Of a DNA stretch of 64,000 nucleotides, positions 20,984 to 30,414 are shown piece by piece; position 1 is the first letter of the stretch; each line of letters starts with the position of its first letter. This DNA comes from a virus, in IMG/VR virus record IMGVR_UViG_3300025154_000052, positions 1 to 64,000 of that record. One strand, written 5' to 3'. The notes beneath the pieces were generated by a model. The model did no database searches, was not told where the DNA came from, and saw only the letters and a program-made list of their open reading frames with translations. Both the position numbers and the translations under genes were made by a program.

Positions 20984-21402
20984 TTATGGCCAGCAAGATT
21001 CTCGGCTTCGGAGTGCTGTCACCATTTCGAAGAGAAGGCAAAGACTTCGTGAACGGCGGTGATGCTGCCCTAGTCCAATCGTGCATCGAAAACATTCTTG
21101 GCACTCAGTCAGCTATGCCCAACGGATTGAGTGCTGGCGAATTGCCATGGCAGCACACGTTCGGTTCGAGATTGGGTATGCTCAGACACCGCAACCTTGG
21201 ACCGACAACAGATGCCTTGGCTCAGTTCTACGTCGAGGAAGCATTACGCCGGTGGGAACCACGGGTAAGGGTGACTGAGGTTGTCGTAAAGAATGACGCC
21301 ACTACCAATACGCGCAGTATCGACGTCCAGTACCGACTGATTACCGCGAACGTGCCGTCAAACCGCGTCGTAGTGGACCAGACCGCGACGGTGGAGATCT
21401 GA
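20980..21402 (+). CDS. Baseplate wedge / sheath initiator (gp25/gpW-like)
   Basis: GELPWQHTFGS...EALRRWEPRVRV. Confidence 0.9.
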   Translation: MIMASKILGFGVLSPFRREGKDFVNGGDAALVQSCIENILGTQSAMPNGLSAGELPWQHTFGSRLGMLRHRNLGPTTDALAQFYVEEALRRWEPRVRVTEVVVKNDATTNTRSIDVQYRLITANVPSNRVVVDQTATVEI

Positions 21403-21403
21403 C

Positions 21404-22945
21404 ATGGCTGACTATACCGATCGTGACTACGCAGCGTTGATGGTCCGGGAACAGGCGCTCGCTCAGCAGCAGTTTCCCGCATGGACTGATTACAACGAGG
21501 CGAACTTCGGCAATCAGTTGCTGCAGGCGTTCGCCTTTATCGGAGACATTCTCTCCTACTATCAGGACAATCAGGCTGGTGAAAGTCGGATTACCACTGC
21601 CCAGCAGCGGCGGAATATGATCGGCCTGTTGAAACTCATCCAGTACGAGATGAGCGGGGCGACTGCTGCACAGCACACCGTCACATTCTCGATCGCGTCT
21701 GCCCTGGGTGAGGACATCATCATCCCGGCTGGAACGATCGTAAAGACGCGAGAGTCGACGCCAACAGAATTTCAGCTCCTGGCGGCCGTCACGATTACAG
21801 CGGGAAATACATCGGTGAATGGTACCGCTGAACATTCGCAGTTCTGGGATGACGAGACGTGGCAAGTGGACGGGTCTACAGGCCAGGTAATCAAGTTGGG
21901 TAGGACTCCGTTCCTAGACGACTCACTTGCTGTGGCCAACGGTGGATATGTTCAGGTTGACGCAATGGACTATTCAGAGGTCTCCAACTTCCTTGATTCG
22001 ATCTCGACGGACAAGCACTACACTGTCACGGTGGATGAGAACGACCGTGCATACATCCGGTTCGGGGACGGCGTAAACGGTGTGGCGCCATCCGGGACGC
22101 TCACCGTGAAGTACAAGACGGGTGGCGGGGTGGCTGGCAACGTCGAGGCCGCCGCAATCAAGGACATCTCCGGGACGCTCACGACCGTAGGCGGGACACC
22201 GGTATCCGTAGCCGTAACGAATGCGGCTGGTGCGTCCATCCTGGGTACAGACCGGGAGTCGATTGAGACAGCTCGGACGGCGGGTCCTGCCAGCCTGCGA
22301 GCTCTCGAGCGCACGGTATCGCGCACCGACTTCGAGGACAATGCGCGTCTCGTGACCGGCGTAGGACGGGCCCTGGCCATCACCAAAAACGAAGCTCCAT
22401 TAGTCCTGAGTCTCGAGAACACCACCTACGTCTACATCGTCCCAACCGGGGGCGGTACGCCATCAGCAGGGTTGAAGACAAACGTCGACACCATGTACAG
22501 CACGACCCGGCCCGTGATGGTGACCCACGTCGTTGATGTAAAGGACCCCACCTACGCGACCATCAACATTGTCTGCTGGGTGTACCTGACATCCGGCGCG
22601 GTTGCAGCCACCGTGAAGGCCGCCATCGTCGCATCACTGACAACGTTCTTTGAGCCAGTGGTGAGTGATGCGACGGCTGACGACTACCTGCAGCCGAATT
22701 CAAATGTGAACTTCGGCTACTACATGCGGGATGAGAACGACGATCCGGAACCGTCCATTAGATGGTCGGATATCAACGCCATCGTGAAGAACACGGCAGG
22801 GGTAAGGAAGGTCGGAACACCGGTGGACGGTCGTGCGACGACGCTCAATGGTGCGGCTGACGACTACACCATCAACCTGGTGGAGTTCCCGAAACTCGGC
22901 ACCGTAGCGGTGTGGAACGGTGATACCGGGGCCGAAATCCCGTAG
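21404..22945 (+). CDS. Baseplate J-like wedge protein
   Basis: WTDYNEANFG, RFGDGVNGVAP, TGGGVAGNV, RTVSRTDFE. Confidence 0.9.
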   Translation: MADYTDRDYAALMVREQALAQQQFPAWTDYNEANFGNQLLQAFAFIGDILSYYQDNQAGESRITTAQQRRNMIGLLKLIQYEMSGATAAQHTVTFSIASALGEDIIIPAGTIVKTRESTPTEFQLLAAVTITAGNTSVNGTAEHSQFWDDETWQVDGSTGQVIKLGRTPFLDDSLAVANGGYVQVDAMDYSEVSNFLDSISTDKHYTVTVDENDRAYIRFGDGVNGVAPSGTLTVKYKTGGGVAGNVEAAAIKDISGTLTTVGGTPVSVAVTNAAGASILGTDRESIETARTAGPASLRALERTVSRTDFEDNARLVTGVGRALAITKNEAPLVLSLENTTYVYIVPTGGGTPSAGLKTNVDTMYSTTRPVMVTHVVDVKDPTYATINIVCWVYLTSGAVAATVKAAIVASLTTFFEPVVSDATADDYLQPNSNVNFGYYMRDENDDPEPSIRWSDINAIVKNTAGVRKVGTPVDGRATTLNGAADDYTINLVEFPKLGTVAVWNGDTGAEIP

Positions 22946-22953
22946 AGGTAAGC

Positions 22954-23820
22954 ATGGCTGCTCCGACAATCGTATCCGTCGTCCCTGTCGCCTTCTGGCC
23001 CGAAACCATTCTTCGTATCACGTTCAGTGCGGCACTGGACCCGGCACAGGCAAACAGCACCACGGCATCGACGTACACGCTCACAGGCACAAGCGAGGAC
23101 GAGCATACCGTCATACCTCGCAGCGCTGTCCTGTCGGCGGCTGCCGTCATCGACCTGTACTGCTACGGCGTCCCCAACGGCAACTACACGCTGACCACGA
23201 CGGCGCCGATCTACGCCAATGCAAACCCGGACCCGCTTCCAACGGGGAGCACTAAGGCGGTGGTCGCCAACGGGCAGCCATCCGGAAGAGTCGTCGCACT
23301 GGACGAGATGATCGCCTCCATGCACTGGTCACGGGACGACTCGGGGGATCTGGCTCGGTTCATCAAGAACATCCTCCAGCCGATTCTGGATGAGCTACTG
23401 GTCTACATCGATCGATGGACGGACATCATCGATCCGGACCTGGCCCCTGAGACGTTCCTTGATGACATGTTGACCGACCTTGGGAATCCGTTCCCATTCG
23501 CTCTGACGGTAGTGCAGAAGCGCGCCCTCGTTCAGACGCTCATCCCCATCTACCGGCAGACCGGGACGGCGGCGGGCATCGAGAACGTGATTCGATTCTT
23601 CCTGGGCATCAACGCTACAGTGTACCCAGTTCACAAGAGTAGTTGGAAACTGGGGACTGACAAACTCGGTACCGAAACGGTACTTAGTTCAGCCAACGTG
23701 ATTTATACGTTCGACATCATCTTGCCGGCGCCGGCGTCCGCCTTTGAAGAGAAGGCGATTACCTGGATAGCCAACCGTATGAAGGTATCTCACGAGCATT
23801 TCCGCCGAATCGTAGTGTAG
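22954..23820 (+). CDS. Baseplate wedge / tail protein I-like
   Basis: DPDLAPETFLDDML...YRQTGTAAGIENVIRFFLG. Confidence 0.8.
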   Translation: MAAPTIVSVVPVAFWPETILRITFSAALDPAQANSTTASTYTLTGTSEDEHTVIPRSAVLSAAAVIDLYCYGVPNGNYTLTTTAPIYANANPDPLPTGSTKAVVANGQPSGRVVALDEMIASMHWSRDDSGDLARFIKNILQPILDELLVYIDRWTDIIDPDLAPETFLDDMLTDLGNPFPFALTVVQKRALVQTLIPIYRQTGTAAGIENVIRFFLGINATVYPVHKSSWKLGTDKLGTETVLSSANVIYTFDIILPAPASAFEEKAITWIANRMKVSHEHFRRIVV

Positions 23821-23828
23821 TGGAGTGA

Positions 23829-25511
23829 ATGATGGACAGATCAGATTTCTACCATGGGCAGATCGTCACGCAGGATGACATGGATGAGGCGTTCGTTGAC
23901 GTCGACGAGGCGATCAAAAACTACGTGATGGACGTCAGCTATACCGGCTCGCACGGTGTCGCCTGGGGACTCACAGTCGCTCCGACAGGTCCTGTATCCA
24001 CAAACGTTTCGGTTGCTGCCGGTGTGGCATACGACCAGACAGGGGACCGCGTTCCAGTGACGCCGGCACAGTTGGTGGACTGTTCGGTGGACAAGAACGG
24101 CGCATCCACTACAGTCGCCAACCCGGGCGAGGAGCGATGGCTGTCCATCTTCCTGGTCGCTGCTCGTGTCGAGTCGGAGCCCTACGTGGACGACAACGCT
24201 GTCCCGGGCAACTACCGGTCGGAAGAGTCGTTCACGATCGAAGTGGAGATGGAGGCGGCAGCCGCAATCGGAGCAGCGGTCAAACCGGCGCTTCGAGCCG
24301 ATGCTACTCTTCTGGCCGATGCGAGACGGTTCAACGCAGATGGGGGAATAGATACCGCTCAGATAAGCACGACTCGCCGGGAAGACTACGACATTGTCTC
24401 TCCGAGTTTCCAAGACCTTGAGGACGACGTTGTCGCCAACTACATCAAGAACTACGAGACGCTCGAGGGCCTGATCACTACCCTACCCGTAAACTCTGGC
24501 GGCTTCGTCAAAGGCCCGTGGGTGGGGATCGACACGCCCTATACGTCGTTTTGGGATCTCTCCCCGGCTGCTGCAACGAATGGATATCGTGTCTGCTCGG
24601 ACGGTGAACAGGTGTATTACATCTGGTACGACGGCGCCGGCAACGAGTATCTTCGTGCCGTATCACGAACCGATGGCTCTCAGTTGTGGCAGATCGCGAC
24701 AGCCGGGGAGAGATCCCACGTTCATAGCGATGGCGAATCGGTCTACTACGCTGACCCGGCTGTGCCCTGTGTCTACCGAGTCGCCCGCGCCGATGGGAGC
24801 CTGACCAACAGCAACAACACGCTCGGAGGGTCGGGCTACGTCGGCTACTCAGACAGCACTCAGGTCATCCTCGCTTGTAGCGGTGGCGCTTCCTTCACCA
24901 GCGGTGACTGGGTAATTGCCCTCACGCCGTCACTGGCTGGCCCTGCAACATGGGGCTATGACCATTCAGCGGCGGTCAATCAAGTAGTTTCGAACGGTCG
25001 TTACGTGTTCATGGGTGGCGTAGCTGGAGCAGGAGGATTCCAACTTCGGCGCCTCGATTATCTTGCCGGAACGGTTGACTGGAGTGTGGTCGTCGGTGCT
25101 ACGGTCAACTCAATCGCGCTGGATCAGGATCTGCTGATAGCGGGCCACGCAGCCGCAGCCGGGAAGTATCTTACGGCATTCAGCCCAGATGATGGCTCTG
25201 TCGTCTGGACGATCGACCCTGGCTCTGAAGTGGTCTCGGTACACTCAGACGGCCGCTACATCTACGCTGCAGCAGGCAACGAAGTAGTGGTCGTCAGTCG
25301 GACAGGCCACGTCATCGACCGGATTGACTACGGTGTTATCACTCGGTCTGTCTTCAGTGACGGAGACGCTCTCTTCGTCGCCTACGACGTCACCGGTGGT
25401 GCGGTCGGAACACGGGTGATTCTGCCTCACGTCTCACGGTGGTTCACTCGAGTCGCCGCCACTGCCGCCTATCGCCGCCCGTTCCACACCCTGGCCCTTC
25501 CAGAGTTGTGA
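23829..25511 (+). CDS. Tail fibre protein with C-terminal PQQ-type beta-propeller
   Basis: N-terminal FYHGQIV...GVAWGL...GVAYDQTG attachment region; repeated DGS(Q/V)LW-type blades. Confidence 0.7.
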   Translation: MMDRSDFYHGQIVTQDDMDEAFVDVDEAIKNYVMDVSYTGSHGVAWGLTVAPTGPVSTNVSVAAGVAYDQTGDRVPVTPAQLVDCSVDKNGASTTVANPGEERWLSIFLVAARVESEPYVDDNAVPGNYRSEESFTIEVEMEAAAAIGAAVKPALRADATLLADARRFNADGGIDTAQISTTRREDYDIVSPSFQDLEDDVVANYIKNYETLEGLITTLPVNSGGFVKGPWVGIDTPYTSFWDLSPAAATNGYRVCSDGEQVYYIWYDGAGNEYLRAVSRTDGSQLWQIATAGERSHVHSDGESVYYADPAVPCVYRVARADGSLTNSNNTLGGSGYVGYSDSTQVILACSGGASFTSGDWVIALTPSLAGPATWGYDHSAAVNQVVSNGRYVFMGGVAGAGGFQLRRLDYLAGTVDWSVVVGATVNSIALDQDLLIAGHAAAAGKYLTAFSPDDGSVVWTIDPGSEVVSVHSDGRYIYAAAGNEVVVVSRTGHVIDRIDYGVITRSVFSDGDALFVAYDVTGGAVGTRVILPHVSRWFTRVAATAAYRRPFHTLALPEL

Positions 25512-25519
25512 TTTTTTTG

Positions 25520-25548
25520 TTGACTTTTATAAAATGCTTCTTTACTGT
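25520..25548 (+). promoter_or_regulatory. Putative sigma70 promoter of a moron gene
   Basis: TTGACT-N17-TACTGT in an AT-rich island within the structural operon. Confidence 0.55.
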
Positions 25549-25602
25549 TTCAGTAACAGTCTCATTATTCAGTAATCAAAATTAACCCTTGGAGAGATTC
25601 TT

Positions 25603-26175
25603 ATGAGACACTTCATGCTTCTGGTCATCGCTATTCTGTCCTTCGTCTCGTCGCCCATCCTGGCGTCGGAGTTCATTACCTCCGAGGTCCATACCCGGGT
25701 CCGGTCGGATACGGAGTATGTGGAGGGCTGGACCACCTATCACTCCACGACGTCCGGTGACTGGGCCAAGGTGCCCCTCACCGATACGCTCGTGTATGAT
25801 CTGGAGTCCTGCGACATGATCAGGATTCAGGGCTACGTGCACGTCAACGTGGTCGGTCAGAGTTCACCGATGGCTCGAGCACGACGGGTGGAAACCGGAA
25901 TCCGCAAGGCCGGCGTCCAACTTCGTGTGGTCGTGTCGGGACCCGCCTACGGGGATGAACACTACTCCACTATGGTGCAGAACAGCGCCACATGGGCAAG
26001 CCAGTCGAGTAAGGTGCCCATCTACGGCACCATTCAGTTGCAGTGGAGTCCCGACGCTGAATACTGGGTGAGTTTACAGGCCAGGTCGGTAGACGGGACG
26101 TGGGTGGATTTCGTCGGCCCGATGGACCTCAGCGTGGAGGTGCTACGCGCATCAGACGACGTCGGCTGCAACTAA
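25603..26175 (+). CDS. Secreted protein with signal peptide (moron-like)
   Basis: MRHFMLLVIAILSFVSSPILA-S: basic n-region, hydrophobic h-region, small residue at -1. Confidence 0.65.
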   Translation: MRHFMLLVIAILSFVSSPILASEFITSEVHTRVRSDTEYVEGWTTYHSTTSGDWAKVPLTDTLVYDLESCDMIRIQGYVHVNVVGQSSPMARARRVETGIRKAGVQLRVVVSGPAYGDEHYSTMVQNSATWASQSSKVPIYGTIQLQWSPDAEYWVSLQARSVDGTWVDFVGPMDLSVEVLRASDDVGCN

Positions 26176-26304
26176 TCCCGCTGTTTCCCTCCCGCTTCCC
26201 TACACTTATCGTTTCCCCCGCTCGTTTTGACCACTTGAGCCCGCTCGGCTACTCTGAAGCCACACAGTTTTCTCCAGTGTGGCTTTTACGGAAGGAGCAG
26301 GCTC

Positions 26305-28185
26305 ATGTTCAATCTGCGGAACAATGGTGCAATTTACAGGCTGGTTCTCTGGATCTCCCAGACTCTCGGTGACATCACGTCGTCCCCCACGATTACGGCG
26401 GGCACGGGGGCGCCCACGGCAGCCGAGCCGAACGGGTCCACCTATCACCGGACGAACGGATCCATCTACAAGCGGACCGGTGGCGCCTGGGTGGAGATGA
26501 TCGATACGTCGGTCATCAATGACATGGACTTCACGGCGAATGCCGACGCGGCAGCCGGTGCAAACGAAGTCGGGTCGTTGCGGGCCAAGTCGTCCAGTGT
26601 GGCCGAAGTCCATTCGGTCGTGCTCGAGAACGACGCCACCAATAACTGGGCCGCCCTCTACCGCCTGAACGGCGCAACCCCCGTCTCGACACACGTCCAC
26701 CTGGGCGTCCCCGGTGACACGAATCTGGGCCGAGACATCACCATCACGATGGACGCCAGCACAGACGCGGGCCTGGCCAACCCTGCCACCATCGTTGCCA
26801 GGGGCCAGGAGGACGACCTGTCCTTCGCCGGCGTGGCCACATACGCCTTCGACGGAAACATTACGGTGACGGGCACGGTGGACGGGCGGGACGTGGCGAC
26901 GGACGGCGGGAAACTCGACGGGGTCGAGTCTGGGGCAGACGTGACCGACGCGACCAATGTCGCGGCGGCTGGCGCGGTTATGGAATCGGATACGACCACG
27001 GCAGCGATGAACTTTGTGGTCGATGAAGACTCGATGGTCTCGAATCTCGATACCAAGGTGCCCACGCAGCAGAGCGTCAAGGCATACGTCGACGGACGAG
27101 TCGCGGGACTGCTCGACTACAAGGGCGGCTATAACGCGGCGACGAACACGCCTGACCTGGACACGACGCCTTCCGGGGTGCTGAAGGGGGACAGTTACAC
27201 GGTAACCGTTGCCGGCACTTTCTTCACCGCGGAGGTCGAGGCGGGCGACATGCTGATTGCCGAAGTCGATGCGGCGGCGGCCGAGGCGGACTGGACGATC
27301 GTTCAGTCGAATCTTACGGCCGGGTCGATCAAGACCGCATACGAGTCCAACGCAGACACCAACGCGTACACGGACGCAGAGGCTGCCAAGTTGGCAGGGA
27401 TAGAGGCATCGGCCGACGTGACCGATTTTACGAACGTGTCTGCCGCCCTGGCAGCGGCTTCGGGATCTGTTGCGGTCAACAGCCAGAAGATCACCGGGCT
27501 GGCTTCCGGTGCGGCTTCCGGCGAAGCGGTCCATTACTCGCAGCTCGAGTACTCGCTGAACGGCGTCATCCCGAACGCGGTGCTCGCTCTCCCGAATGCG
27601 GTGGTCGATGGAGATTACGTAGAGATCGGAACGGATCTCTACGAGTGGGACGACGGCGGCGGAACGGCTCAGCCGGGAGCCATCACCGTTCTCCTGGGTG
27701 GCGGAATCGCAGACGCTCGAACGAACCTGATCACCGCAATCAACACGTCCGGAACCGAGAACGTGAAGGCGACGGCAGATGGAACCGGGGTGATGATCCA
27801 GCCGGCCGATGCCCCAGGCGGAACGGTGGTGGCTGCCAACCCGGACATCCTGCTTGCCGAGACCATCACCGATGTGGCGGACATCTGGGTGTGCGGTGCG
27901 GTGAACTTGAACACGCTCGGCGGCGAGGCAACAGCACTGAAGCGGAAGTGTACGGCCAGCATCACGATCACGACTGCGATGGTAGCGGGGGCCAGTTACA
28001 GACTCTTCGACGCCCCGTTCACGCCGAGTCGAATCAAGGGAGTCTTTGTCCGGACGGCAGTCGGCGCGATCCGGTACGACGTGACTGACCAGTTCACGAT
28101 CACCGGCAACGGGGTGACGTGGACCAGCGCAGGCGCAACACACCTCGTCAACACGAACGTCGTCGAGGTGGAAGTCATCGGATAG
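26305..28185 (+). CDS. Tail fibre / virion fibre protein
   Basis: GTGAP...GSTYHRT...GGAW motif and KLDGVESGADVTD / KLAGIEASADVTD repeats typical of phage fibres. Confidence 0.65.
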   Translation: MFNLRNNGAIYRLVLWISQTLGDITSSPTITAGTGAPTAAEPNGSTYHRTNGSIYKRTGGAWVEMIDTSVINDMDFTANADAAAGANEVGSLRAKSSSVAEVHSVVLENDATNNWAALYRLNGATPVSTHVHLGVPGDTNLGRDITITMDASTDAGLANPATIVARGQEDDLSFAGVATYAFDGNITVTGTVDGRDVATDGGKLDGVESGADVTDATNVAAAGAVMESDTTTAAMNFVVDEDSMVSNLDTKVPTQQSVKAYVDGRVAGLLDYKGGYNAATNTPDLDTTPSGVLKGDSYTVTVAGTFFTAEVEAGDMLIAEVDAAAAEADWTIVQSNLTAGSIKTAYESNADTNAYTDAEAAKLAGIEASADVTDFTNVSAALAAASGSVAVNSQKITGLASGAASGEAVHYSQLEYSLNGVIPNAVLALPNAVVDGDYVEIGTDLYEWDDGGGTAQPGAITVLLGGGIADARTNLITAINTSGTENVKATADGTGVMIQPADAPGGTVVAANPDILLAETITDVADIWVCGAVNLNTLGGEATALKRKCTASITITTAMVAGASYRLFDAPFTPSRIKGVFVRTAVGAIRYDVTDQFTITGNGVTWTSAGATHLVNTNVVEVEVIG

Positions 28186-28615
28186 CCTCGCTCTCCCTCG
28201 CCCACTTTCCTACCTGTCCACAGTAACTAATCCTCTGACTGAAACTCGCTGGAATACACTGCGTGACTTCCTTCCCGTCCGCACTGTGCGGGCATTCCGA
28301 CTTGCACCGCTCGAGTACTCGTCGCTCCACGTCCGGTTGTTGATCCACTGCTTCCGTCTTCTCTGTCGCGGCTTCGAACCTTGATGCGCATACACTGATT
28401 ATCGCACCCACCTGGTCAGCGTACATCTTGCCGACGCACACGTCAGCCTTGAGACACGACTCACAGCCAACACCCGCCGCTCGAGTCGGAATGATGGCGT
28501 AGCCGATCGACTTCACATGCTGGACCACGAAGCCGCACGAGGTGCACAGCCCTTCCTCTGACGCCGCCTTTACGCTCTCGCACATCAGACACATGTCATC
28601 CATCGCAGCCTCCAA
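28175..28615 (-). CDS. Cys-rich hypothetical protein
   Basis: Several CxxC pairs; GGAGG RBS. Confidence 0.5.
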   Translation of the reverse strand: MEAAMDDMCLMCESVKAASEEGLCTSCGFVVQHVKSIGYAIIPTRAAGVGCESCLKADVCVGKMYADQVGAIISVCASRFEAATEKTEAVDQQPDVERRVLERCKSECPHSADGKEVTQCIPASFSQRISYCGQVGKWARESEAIR

Positions 28616-29456
28616 GATAACGCTTTATCGCCTCCCTGCCGGTCGTAGTCGCCCGGTAGGTATATCGACCAGGGCATGGCTCCGTTCGCTCTACCAGTCG
28701 CCTTGCAGTGAGCCTGGCGCACATTCTCGACATGCCCTGCCAACTGATGCCGATCCCCATTGCCGCCTGTGCTATTGATGATCGTCCATCGGCCATGGCG
28801 ATCAGTGCCGCGAGCGCTTCATGGGACAGCGGGACAGGCATGGGAGGTAGAACGATCGCATACCGACTCACCTCCTCACCGACTGCGTATCGGTCCACCA
28901 CACGGCCACACGCAGGACAGTGGGGACGGTGTGACATGAGCGGCGCCCAGAAGGTAACGATCTCAGACCCGGCGTGACGAGTTGACGCCTTGCACTCAAG
29001 TCGCTTCCATCGGAAGGGTGTCTCGAGGCATGACACGTTGAACAGGTACCGCTTTCGTAGCCGCGGGCTGATCCAGTCAGGGTCTACGATCTCGGGTCGA
29101 TGGGTGAGAAACTTCTCAACCTCGTCGAGCGCAAACATGCGCATGGTCGCTCGCCCAAATACCTTGCGCGGTCCATCATGTGTCACCATGCCGAGTTCCG
29201 TCACCCAGCGGGTGATCTCTTTCGGACTGACACCCAGTAGCGCAGTAATGTGGAGCGTCGGATACCATCCCTGATGATCCGTCTGGGTGTAGCCGAGTTC
29301 AGCCGCCTTGGCCTTCACCGCACCCACAGTGCGCCTTACACGCTTGGCAACAAACTCAGGTGTCTGCGCCCCCCACATGTCCGTCAGGATGTCCAGATCA
29401 GATTTCGAGTCGCTGAATGCATCCTGTTTGTTGATGATTCCCCATCTGCGTCCCAT
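28596..29456 (-). CDS. Putative DNA-binding regulator (HTH, zinc finger, winged-HTH)
   Basis: VAKRVRRTVGAVKAKAAELG, TALLGVSPKEITRW, CPAC, QAAMGIGISWQGMSRMCARLTARRLVER. Confidence 0.55.
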   Translation of the reverse strand: MGRRWGIINKQDAFSDSKSDLDILTDMWGAQTPEFVAKRVRRTVGAVKAKAAELGYTQTDHQGWYPTLHITALLGVSPKEITRWVTELGMVTHDGPRKVFGRATMRMFALDEVEKFLTHRPEIVDPDWISPRLRKRYLFNVSCLETPFRWKRLECKASTRHAGSEIVTFWAPLMSHRPHCPACGRVVDRYAVGEEVSRYAIVLPPMPVPLSHEALAALIAMADGRSSIAQAAMGIGISWQGMSRMCARLTARRLVERTEPCPGRYTYRATTTGREAIKRYLGGCDG

Positions 29457-29479
29457 ACTCCGCTCTCCGCATCGCGCCG

Positions 29480-30043
29480 CTACAACAAGCTTTCAGTGGG
29501 TGTGCTGGAGCTGTTCGCGATAATGGCGTCCAGCACAGGGCTCAATTTATCGTTGGTGACGATCCGGCTGATGCGCCGGTACTCTTCGAGAAAGGACTCG
29601 TACACGTCCTTGTGGACCCAGCCGGTAACATCCCCTATCAGAAAGGGTACCCAGTCGCCCGACTCGGGGTCTGGGTTTGAGTCGAATTGGTGGATGGCCT
29701 GGCGTAGCGCAACCTGGACGGCAGGCGGGAGACCGCGAAGTTTCAGCAGATTCCTGATGTACCCTGACGGCACACCCAGCATCATCTGTCCGGCGTGCTT
29801 CTTCGCCCGGTATCCCATAATGAACCGTCCGCGATCGTCTCGACGTAGCCAGCCTTCGTACTCATCAAATGCGGATTTGAGGAACCCGCCGACCTGCCCG
29901 TTCGGGAGGCTTTGGGGTGGGCGTGACTGGCCTGATGATATCGACGGCGCTGTCGGGGACGGCGAACCAGTGGGTTCCTTCGTCTCCTGGCCACCAACAG
30001 ACGTAGGTAACTTCAGCGTGGGTCGTCTTCTGTCGCCTGACAT
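29480..30043 (-). CDS. Hypothetical protein (true start probably further downstream)
   Basis: MGYRAKKHAGQMMLGVPSGYIRNLL resembles the small xPFGKxKG...VPxxYLxW domain. The 5' part overlaps another ORF. Confidence 0.45.
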   Translation of the reverse strand: MSGDRRRPTLKLPTSVGGQETKEPTGSPSPTAPSISSGQSRPPQSLPNGQVGGFLKSAFDEYEGWLRRDDRGRFIMGYRAKKHAGQMMLGVPSGYIRNLLKLRGLPPAVQVALRQAIHQFDSNPDPESGDWVPFLIGDVTGWVHKDVYESFLEEYRRISRIVTNDKLSPVLDAIIANSSSTPTESLL

Positions 30044-30176
30044 ACTCCCCCTGTTCCCGATTCAACGCCGACTCGGGGATGATCCGGATCTCCGTCCCCG
30101 CTGGCATCTCCATCCACCCGCCCTTCCCCTCCCGGTGGAATTTCAGAGTCGTCTTCAGTGTCGCCGGAATGAACAT
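29865..30176 (-). CDS. Hypothetical small beta-rich protein (start uncertain)
   Basis: Protein-like ORF overlapping its neighbours. Confidence 0.4.
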   Translation of the reverse strand: MFIPATLKTTLKFHREGKGGWMEMPAGTEIRIIPESALNREQGEYVRRQKTTHAEVTYVCWWPGDEGTHWFAVPDSAVDIIRPVTPTPKPPERAGRRVPQIRI

Positions 30177-30414
30177 CGGTCACCCCATCTGCCAGCCTGA
30201 ACCGTGGTTCATCCTCACTGTCGAGCCAGTCAGCGACCAGTTTTCCTTCCATCGTGAGTTTGATGGCTGCCGCCATGGCGAGTGCTCCGGCACACCAGTT
30301 CACGAACCGATGCGCCTCCTCCTCGGTAACTCTCGCGTCTCCTCGTCCATCAACGAGTGCGATGATGAGGGCTTCGATCTGGTCGTCGGTAAGGACGTTG
30401 ATACTATCGAGCAT
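30013..30414 (-). CDS. Hypothetical protein translationally coupled to the type V nuclease
   Basis: ATG lies inside the last codons of the nuclease gene, after AAGGA. Confidence 0.55.
   Translation of the reverse strand: MLDSINVLTDDQIEALIIALVDGRGDARVTEEEAHRFVNWCAGALAMAAAIKLTMEGKLVADWLDSEDEPRFRLADGVTDVHSGDTEDDSEIPPGGEGRVDGDASGDGDPDHPRVGVESGTGGVCQATEDDPR

Noticed and set aside
9786-25511. Stand-alone eCIS or tailocin locus
   Set aside because: Capsid, protease, head-tail adaptor and replication genes are contiguous, which indicates a complete phage.
26206-28143. Long antisense ORFs (also 5013-6419, 4034-4888, 3309-4172)
   Set aside because: They are shadows of high-GC sense genes with recognisable products, and their translations are not protein-like.
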